Part shown: positions 54,633 through 64,000 of the stretch, one piece after another
Layout: each line of letters begins with the position of its first letter
How positions within the stretch are numbered: the stretch's first letter is position 1
From: Octopus sinensis
Lineage: Eukaryota
Assembly: GCF_006345805.1 (NCBI RefSeq)
Contig: NC_042998.1
Coordinates: 13,330,001 to 13,394,000 of the forward strand
DNA length: 64,000 nucleotides
Direction: 5' to 3'
Made by a program: the position numbers and the translations under genes
Notes under the pieces: generated by a model
What the model was told of the DNA's origin: nothing
Seen by the model: only the letters and a program-made list of their open reading frames with translations
Databases searched by the model: none

Positions 54633-55420
54633 GTGTAATGGGGAGGACCATAAAGCTAAGCACTTTATGGACGGGAAACCTAGGGTAAAACCATACACCC
54701 ATTAACTTATACACTGCTCTACATCTTAGAGTGTGCTTCTTCTACAGATTTATGTTTGCTAAATACGACAAGTATAAGTCTATAAAAGTAAGTATAAGTC
54801 CGTCGTATATATATATATATATATATATACACGACGAACTTATACTTACGTACACTGATTTATATCTATACACACACACACATCATCAAACAGTGATATT
54901 CACTTCATGACATATATTTTATCGTACTTATATACATAATTCCCGACAAAATCTTATATACGTATGTATATATGTACATGCACCCACACCAACACAAATA
55001 TATGAATATTTCTGTTGCTAATGGACTCGTACGCTTCTGGACAATATATATATATTCTATTTGTGTATAGGTTTAAAATATCTCCAAATTTAATACATGT
55101 TACTCACCACTAATTCTCTAACCCTCGTTATTAATTGTCTTTTTCTAGACTGAACATAAATAGCACCACTTTCATTTTTGTGTTTTAAAGTGAACATCTT
55201 CAGAATCATCTACATTTAAATATTTGATATGGGTGGCGTATACACTTATTTAAGTAATATTTCTATTCGAAAATGGCATACCATTTAGTGGCAACTAATT
55301 TGAATCATCATTTTACATGATTTTCTATTCATATATTACCTCAAAGTAACGTTTTTGCTAATGAATTTATACAATATGATATTATTACTTATATTTAGTA
55401 TGAATACCTTACATTAAACA

Positions 55421-56813
55421 TTATCTGCTGCTTAATTAATTTCAGTTTTCAACGTATACAATTCTCATTAACGCTTCTTCAATCATTTCAGAATGAGTAC
55501 AACTTTCAACATGGGCTTTTTTGTCACTGTTCCATAGTTGTTGGTTTTAGATAGAAGGCCTCTCTGAAAGTGAGTTTAACATTTCAGCAAATGTCAGTCA
55601 ATATTTTTATCGCCATTCTAGAAGATTATATATGTTTATTTTGATGTAGTTTAATTACTATCTTGCGTGAATATAAGTTAGACATACGTGTTACTTCGCA
55701 GGCGTTTTATATATATATATATATTTGTAGATTTAACTGACGTGAATGTTATTTTAACTCCCGTACAATTTACTTAAAATCTATAAACTTCGGCAATACT
55801 ACAGCTCGTAGGATGAATCAAGGAAAGAGTAAATTAGGATTGAATATTCCGGTTCCCGTTTGGGAGTAATGCATTTTCTAAGCATAACTGCATCCATTGC
55901 ATTTTTCCCGACAGTGAAGAACTAGAAAATTTAAACATCAGACTGCACGCATTCAAAACTACATTTGTTTTGCTTTGCAATTTGATGCAAGGATGAATAT
56001 AACTAATTTGTCCCAAACGATGCGTATCCAATATTTACAGGAAATGGAAAAACTGTTTAGTATCTAAATGAGAACATGTATTGAAAAATAACTATGGTTA
56101 AGTATAATCTAACATTCAAAGTAACAACCGAGAAATGTAGGAGAAACAAAACTAAAATTTAATGAGTGTAAAAACTAAATGCAAATATGTAATGCGGGAT
56201 GACTTTCATCTTGATGGTTGTCAGAGGGATGATCCGTATAACCTCAGCCAAATATACTCTATGAAGTTCCTTCATTTTGAGTTACTAATGTGACAAGACT
56301 TATTCATGTGAAAACAGAATAACATCTGCGAATAAAGACATTTCCGTGAACTGTGTTCACAGATTTAAAAATTTAATTATTTGCCTTAAATGAATTCTCA
56401 TCACTATCTTGCGCATTAAGAAGAAATAGTTTTGATTCATCCTACGAGCTGTAGTATTGCTGAAGTTTATAGATTTTAAGTGAATTGTACGGGAGTTAAA
56501 ATAACATTCACGTCAGTTAAATCTACAAAAAATATATATAAAATGCCTGCGAAGTAAAACGTATGTCTAACTTATATTCACGCAAGATAGTAATTAAACT
56601 ACATCAAAATAAACATATATAATATCTAGAATAGAGATAAAAATATTGACTGACAGTTGCTGAAATGTAAAACTCACTTTCAGAGAGGCCTAACAACTCT
56701 GGAACAGTGACAAAAAAAGCCATGTTGAAAGTTGTACTCATTCTGAAATGATTGAAGAAAAGTTAATAAACGTTGTATACGTTGAAAACTGAAATTAATT
56801 AAGCAGCAGATAA
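55421..56813. mobile_element. Long-TIR non-autonomous DNA element (foldback/MULE-like): ~390-bp TIRs, ~610-bp core
   Basis: 55421-55821 is the reverse complement of 56432-56813 (ttatctgctgcttaatt... / ...aattaagcagcagataa), roughly 90% identical by eye; no intact ORF. Confidence 0.8.
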
Positions 56814-57099
56814 TATATATATCCCTCACAGATAACGTATTGAATCCAAGATAATTTTAATCCATTGGGAGTGAGTTTATATTATAATAAAAGAAATAAT
56901 TTTCGTTAAAGAGAGAAAAGATACATTTCTCCCTTTAAACATAAACGAATGTAGATCTACCATGTTTTAAGATATTTCATTGCAAATTGCTCCTTTATGA
57001 CACACTATTAAGGGGTCTTAAAATGACAACACTTCAAATTTTCAAATCGGATCTCCCATCCGATATTATATCATGAGAGGTGTATAAATAAAATAGCTC

Positions 57100-57345
<246 letters not shown>

Positions 57346-57914
57346 TTTTGGTAATGGTTCATTGCTAGACCACAATCCTCCCGGGGCCCATGTATATGAA
57401 AGTCACATACCTTTAAACGAATAAGATCCGAGCAGGACTTTAATTCGCTTGTTACGGTAGTTATCCGATATAACTCATCCATATTTCACAATTCCCGTCG
57501 TTTTATTATCTTCTATTTCGCGAAATATAGGCCGTTTTATCGGGGAAATTATTGCTAACGTCTGTTGAAGTGTAACTAATGAAGAACTAATTTATGTTAG
57601 ATGTTTCAGGACCACACACCAGGTATCTCATACAGTGAAGATAATGAATTAGACGCACGGACAGAAATATCCTTGAATTAGAGGCACATGTGCGTTTTAG
57701 ATTACACCACTTACACGTGGCTCTCATTTGTTAGGCATTGTTACTAAGCAGTAACAATTGCTGATCAAATGCTCTAGTACTGTCTTGTCACTGAGAGCAA
57801 AGTATTGTACAAGCATATTTGTCGGCAGATAGTTGTTGTTGATTGGCATTCCATTAGATAGCTTATTACTCACGTCTAAGGGAGTAAAAGTGAACCAATC
57901 ACACCAAATATATG

Positions 57915-58013
57915 TCAACTTGGGCAAGTGGCTTCTACTATAGCCTCGGGTCGACCAAAGCATTGTGAGTGGATTCAGTAGACGTAAACTAAAAGAAACC
58001 CGTCGTATATATG

Positions 58014-58076
<63 letters not shown>

Positions 58077-58293
58077 GTGTATGTGTGTTTATATTTGTAT
58101 GTCTGTGTTTGTCTCCAACATCACTTGACAACCGATGCTAGTGTGTTTACGTCCCCGTAACTTAGCGGTTCAGCAGAAGAGACCGATAGAATAAGTACTA
58201 GGCTTCCAAAGAATGAGTCCTGTGGTCGATTTGGTCGACTGAAGGCAGTGCTCCAGCATGGCCACAGTCAAATGTTAAAACAAGTAAAAGAGT
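57915..58293 (+). mobile_element. SINE family C, 5'-truncated
   Basis: cttgggcaagtggcttctactatagcc...gagaccgatagaataagtac...caagtaaaagagta. Confidence 0.88.
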
Positions 58294-58387
58294 ATATGAA
58301 TATTTTAGATCCTAGATACCTCTTATACCTGAGCTTCAATGCGATGATTCTTGAACGTATTAAGAACATACGCTCAAATATTCTGCA

Positions 58388-58679
58388 AAACTTACAATGA
58401 TTTCTGATTTAGGCACAGGACAGCTACTCTCACACGCGTATTATAAAATCAAGCTAATTTCTTTCGTAGACTTAAAATCTGGATGCTTTAGAATCTATTA
58501 TAACTATTTGAGCTCTTAATTAGAATAATTTTGTCAAGTTTCTAAAGATAAAATGCAAAAAAAAATATATAATAACGTATGAATGCTTGAACACAGGACA
58601 TAAAGAGCCATAGATAAATGCATTAAAAATTTCTCCAGCATTCTCATTGTAAATGATGCATTTTGAAGTTGCTTTAGAA
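58388..58679 (+). repeat. Direct repeat copy 1 (~290 bp)
   Basis: Roughly 90-93% identical by eye to 60307-60592. Confidence 0.92.
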
Positions 58680-59777
58680 TAATGTTCGCAACATAAGTGC
58701 ATTGGTAGGTAAAATAACTCATAATCATATGAAAGAAACTGTTCTCTTGTAAGACATATCATTTTTTTTACCTATAAATGTACCTGCATCAATTGTAAGT
58801 GTAAATTTGCATGTGTTCATCTGATCAAAGATTAGTTCTTTTCTACACCGTAATGTAAATTTTTCAAAATATATAAGATATTTATATAGCATGCACTTCA
58901 CTTCTCATAGCTGAGTATTGGCTTTAGACTGTTATCCATAATGCGCTCAGTATTCAAGTTGATCCAGCATATTTGTGTTTGATACTCTCTAGACATACAT
59001 CCTTCTCTTGATCCACTTCAGTATATGATTCTATGTGGATTTTTTCAGTCCATTAAGGATGGACGTTTGTGTTAATCTTAATCAAAACCAAAACAAAAAT
59101 AATATTACCAATGCATAACAATGTAATCTGCATTAGTAATAATACAATAATATTGTACAATATAATGAAATTGTATTAGTAATCATAGTAGTTGCTATTG
59201 TAGACTTAAATTTTGTAGTAGAAGCAGTAGTAGAGTTAGTAACAGTAGTAGTTTATTTTGTCCTTTTTAACAAAAAAAAACATAAATAATTTGTTTAATG
59301 TAGAAGCATATTTGCATCAGCGATAGTAGTTGAAAATTTCTGCTAAGACAAAACAATGCGATTACATTTTAAAGTACACAGCTACTAAAATCGTATATAG
59401 TAGTCCAAAAGAAACGAATGGAAAATAACAAAAAAAAAATCAATTACAAAGAATCAAACACGAGAGAAAAGGTCAGAAACAATAATCAAATGAGGCTGGA
59501 ATAAAGACTATACATAAAAGTTATGATCATATGGAAGAAAGCCACCAATACGGAATTGATTTTTGTAAAGATCATAGAAGACAGGAAGAAACCAACAATA
59601 TGAGATCAAACGTCAATTGCAGACATGTTTCTTGGTATATTTGAGTTTAATCTAACAATATTGTAGTTTCACTTAAATCTAGGCTGAGAAATATTGCATT
59701 AAAAAACATATGTGATTGACAAGAAAAAAAATTATTTTGCACCGAAATTTGTTACTTGATGCTATTGATGGCGAAAA

Positions 59778-60030
59778 CGACGACGACGACGACGATGTCG
59801 GTGACGGTGAGGGTGATGATGATGATGATGATGACGACGACGACGACGACGATGATGATGATGATGATGATGATGATGGTGATGATGATGGTGATGATGA
59901 TGGTGATGTGATGGTGATGATGATGATGATGATGACGATGATGGTGATGGTGATGGTGATGATGATGATGATGGTGATGATGATGACCATGATGATGATG
60001 ATGATATGATGATGATGATAGTGATGATGA
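59778..60030. repeat. (GAT/GAC/GGT)n trinucleotide array
   Basis: Direct sequence. Confidence 0.95.
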
Positions 60031-60306
60031 CAAAAACATCAATTTCCGCGACGGTAGTGGCAGCTAGCACAAAGAAGCTAGGAGAAATGCCAATGATAGT
60101 TATGAAATTAAGGATTTCATCGCGAATTCCAAGATTCGCTTCGTAGATGTAACACATCTTGCAGTGACATATATTCCCATTGTTATATCGGGAGTGCTAT
60201 AAAAATGAGAGAGCTCCCATCTGTTTCTAAATAAATTCCACTACAACATAAGCAGGGATAGAACAATCATAACATTCATATGTAGGTTAGCCTTAGTATT
60301 TGTACT

Positions 60307-60592
60307 AAACTTACAAGGATTTCTGATTTAGGCACAGGACCGCTACTCTCACGCGCGTATTATAAGATCAAGCTAATTTCTTTCGTAGACTTAAAATCTG
60401 GATGCTTTAGAATCTATTATAACTATTTGAGTTCTTAATTAGAATAATTTTGTCAAGTTTCTAAAGATAAAATGCCAAAAAATATAACATATGAATGCTT
60501 GAACACAGAACATAAAGAGCCATAGATAAATACATTAGAAATTTTCTCCGGCATTCTCATAGTAAATGATGCATTTTGCAGTTGCTTTAGAA
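60307..60592 (+). repeat. Direct repeat copy 2 (~290 bp)
   Basis: aaacttacaa...tttctgatttaggcacagga...gttgctttagaa shared with 58388. Confidence 0.92.
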
Positions 60593-61039
60593 AACTACAA
60601 TGTGAAATAAATCAAGTGAAATACTATGCATAGTGATTTAATGATAGAAAACTGTACCTAGGACAATACAGCGCTAGAGACATATATGTAAAAATATATA
60701 CATATATCCATACATTCATCCATACATGTACAGAGCCGGTATAAATACGTTCAATAAGAATTATTTGCCCAAATTTCATAACAAGTTACTGATTAATATT
60801 GGCTAACTTTATAAGCAAGATTTTTTGACTGCATAAAATGCAATGGGTGTGTATGAAAAATAGAGAACCATCTTACATTTGTAATTTAGGTAAATATATT
60901 TCATGCAAAAGCATAGTTGCTCAAATCCGAGATAAATACTCCTTCCCCTAATTAAAGGCATCATATTCATATACTAAGTAATGCACCGTCTGATATTGAC
61001 GGATAAAAATTAACTTACAAAGACAGAGGAAAATATATC

Positions 61040-61500
61040 CCTGAGGAATTGCAACCGTGTTTCGTGGTCTGCTACCACAACAGCTCCTTTATAGGATCCA
61101 GTTAGATCAAGACATCATCAGGACGAACCACGTCCGGTTTCGGCCCCTACTCCTCTACCGTTTTGACGTGGCGAGCACCCCCTTTCGGAGGTGTCTTCAG
61201 CTCTGGTGTTGGGTGCATGTCTTCTTTCTTCTTCTTTCTTCTGTTCCCTGGCCTCTTCGATGTATCGTCAGCTAGTGTCAGCCGGTGACTGACTGTCTTG
61301 TCAAATTTATCCCTTTAAATACCTGCCGCATAGTCTCCAGCAGGCAGCCCCAGCAAGTTGTCACGTGACACTGTCTCACCTTAACTGACTAGTGAAGGCG
61401 CGTAGTTTTAGCCCGCGCTTTTTCTAAACAACCGTCACCTGACAGGCAGTCCCAGCAATGGTACCAGCTGAAAAGCAGTGAGCGCAATGTATGTTAGCTG
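61040..61500. mobile_element. GC-rich LTR-like remnant
   Basis: GC-rich tract unlike the background, tttaaata box; no partner LTR, PBS or TSD seen. Confidence 0.3.
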
Positions 61501-61899
61501 TAAGACCGGGAAAATATGGAAAATGGAAAAATGTTGGGAAAATGGGACGACACAATGCCATTCAATATTCCATTACAAGCTATTGATTTATGCATTGAAA
61601 AGTTAATTTTTATTGTCTCAAAATCCTCTTCCATCTTAGAATGTATTCTGACGTATTTGGAGAACAGGGTGGCCTGCTTCTATGGCGAGATCTAATGCTA
61701 TCTAAAACGAAGTAGTGAATTTCGGATGGATTATAATATTGTGTGTGTGTAGTTGCAGGTAAATAAAATCGAGGTTTTGGACAGTTGCAGATGCCAGTGC
61801 GCCAGGGAGTGAGTGTGGCTGCCTCCCAATGTCCCAGATTGTCAATAAAAGAAGCAACCTTCTCTCTTCAAAATGGAATGAATTCCCGAATGTCTAGGC

Positions 61900-62388
61900 T
61901 GTGTACTCTAGGATAGCTATATGTACAGGTTTACCCAAGAGACCGATCTGAAAGTATATCATGGGGCATCATGCTTGATTTTGGAAATTTGTATCTGGAA
62001 TTTGCACGTTTGCTGGTGATGTGAGGACCAAACACAGTAGGTCACTATTTAGCAATCGTCAGCAGTCAATACGTATCCTGGTGCTAGGTTTTTCAGACAC
62101 CACAGCCGGCTCTACTTCTATATCGACGATCCTCCCACACAGTACCTCTCAGGATTAAAGACACCAGCAATTTGACCTCTTTGAAAGTCCAGTAGATCTG
62201 TCATTTTAATGAATTTGTAATTACCTTTTTCTGATGATATCTGAAACGAAACAGCAATTTTAGCAAAACATTTTAAGCAACACTAATAATAAAACAAAAT
62301 ACATAATAATAAACAAGTTTTTCACAGTTCTATAGACATTTCAAAATTATGATGCTAGGTGTTTCCATTATTTTGTCCAACCCCTGTA
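61900..62388 (-). mobile_element. Tc1-like transposon 5' part (TIR plus transposase N-terminus, decayed)
   Basis: TIR tacaggggttggacaaaataatggaaacacct (62388-62357); ATG at 62204 gives MTDLLDFQRGQIAG (Tc1 DLSDFQRGQIVG). Confidence 0.8.
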
Positions 62389-63364
62389 CATTCTTCACGC
62401 AGTTATTCGCATTTTGGATTAAAATCTATTAGATTTACCTTACATTGGATGGCCAGTTATCTAATATAATACGCTTCTGGATTTATTGTTCTTGATTTCT
62501 TTCAGTATAGCCGTGAAAACTGCATCTCATAAGACTTTGGAAAATAATTATTTGTTTAAAATAGAAAGAAATAGAAATTGTTTCATCATCGCTATGATTA
62601 TGAGAATAGTTCCTTCCGATTTCCTTCGTGATTGGATCATTCAGTGTGAATCTAATTGTAGTATTTGCCTTAAGTCGCTATGCGCAATAGAAACGACAAT
62701 TTCACATAGGAAATAACTTTGTATCCAGCAGCTTATGTCTTCCAAAAGAATGAAATTTTGCGAGCGACTCTTATGCCATTCCAGAACTTATAAATTAGGA
62801 AACGATTTGAATTCCTGAAACGGGGGGTAAGGAAAGAAACGAATATCCAGTTGAGATTACTCTGTAAATGGAACTAAGTAAAGAATGATTTACTTGTGAA
62901 GCACTTCAATTTTCTCTGGATTTAATGATCTATTTTTAAAGTAAGCTCTTATCGTATAACATGACAAGAACGAATGGGATTTAAGTACGTATAAGATTAA
63001 TTAAATAACAGAAGTGCAAATCAAATAAAATAAAAGCAACTTGAAACAATAAACACGAAAATGGCTCAGATTCTATGGCGATTACTCTTCACATGAAATC
63101 GTGATGGTGACAGATAGGAGGTAATCTTATTGAATTAGAGTATCTAATATGAAATTGATAAGGTTAAGCAACTACATAAGAGACAACTAAATGTAAAACA
63201 AGAGCGTATTTCTTAGATGTTGATGGAAATTTTTAAAAGAATCCATTTATTTTACTCGAAAGGTGGTATTTAAACATATCTACATTTAGCCATGTAATAA
63301 AATGCAATAGGAGTAATTCTTGTAATTCTGTGCGTATATCATGATTAAAAACTGGTGCGATTAT

Positions 63365-63390
63365 CTCAGCCTGTCTGTCTCTCTTTCGCC

Positions 63391-63476
<86 letters not shown>

Positions 63477-63487
63477 CTGTGTATATG

Positions 63488-63563
<76 letters not shown>

Positions 63564-63610
63564 TGTGTGTGTGTTTGTGTGCGTGTGTGGGTGCGTGTGT
63601 GTGTATGTGT
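63365..63610. repeat. Compound (TCTA)n-(TA)n-(TG)n microsatellite
   Basis: Direct sequence. Confidence 0.95.
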
Positions 63611-64000
63611 GTATCATTGTATCGACGAGATTAACTGATGTTGTAATACATCGCTTGTCAAAATGCGCAGGTTTTTGAATGGTGTCTTCCCCACTTATTC
63701 ACTTGATAGCTCGTTAGTCCGTCGCATGGTCGTACATTGGCAGTATTGTGTGTATGAATTCTAATTATGTGTGTATTGATATGTGTATAAGAATATATGT
63801 CTGTGAGTACCAGTTTTTGTGTGAGATAGTTTACATAAAATGGTAAGCGATCCTGCTGTTCATATTCATGAAAGCTGCCTTAATCATATTCAGAATGGAT
63901 GGTTGCAACGTCTATGCACTCAACATATATACACCGCACTATGATTTCATTCGCAAATACATGCAGCAATTTTACTCCAACTTCTATAGCGGAATATTGG

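Noticed and set aside
62789-62832. Micro-exon KRFEFLKRG with donor gtaagg
   Set aside because: The acceptor is poor, a stop lies just upstream in frame, and there are no partner exons.

Overview
AT-rich, microsatellite-saturated eukaryotic DNA. The tRNA-headed SINEs resemble Octopus families as I recall them, so this is probably a coleoid cephalopod intron or intergenic region (inference, no search run). I recognise no intact host gene. Most listed ORFs are translations of (TA)n, (CA)n, (TACA)n or trinucleotide repeats. Supportable features: about 18 SINE copies from 3-4 families, an RTE LINE RT fragment, Penelope-like element (PLE) fossils (GIY-YIG and RT), Tc1 and mariner 5' fragments, a probable hAT fossil, Helitron-type ends and a long-TIR element. 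The most striking signals are: (i) minimal type I hammerhead ribozyme motifs with palindromic stem III at 52-55 kb, one with an intact catalytic core (54286-54365) inside a 700-bp fold-back; (ii) many fold-back palindromes and inverted repeats, mostly embedded in (TA)n arrays, which are potential dsRNA/ADAR substrates; (iii) a diverged 3 x ~195-bp repeat at 18 kb with codon-like divergence. All alignments and foldings were done by eye.
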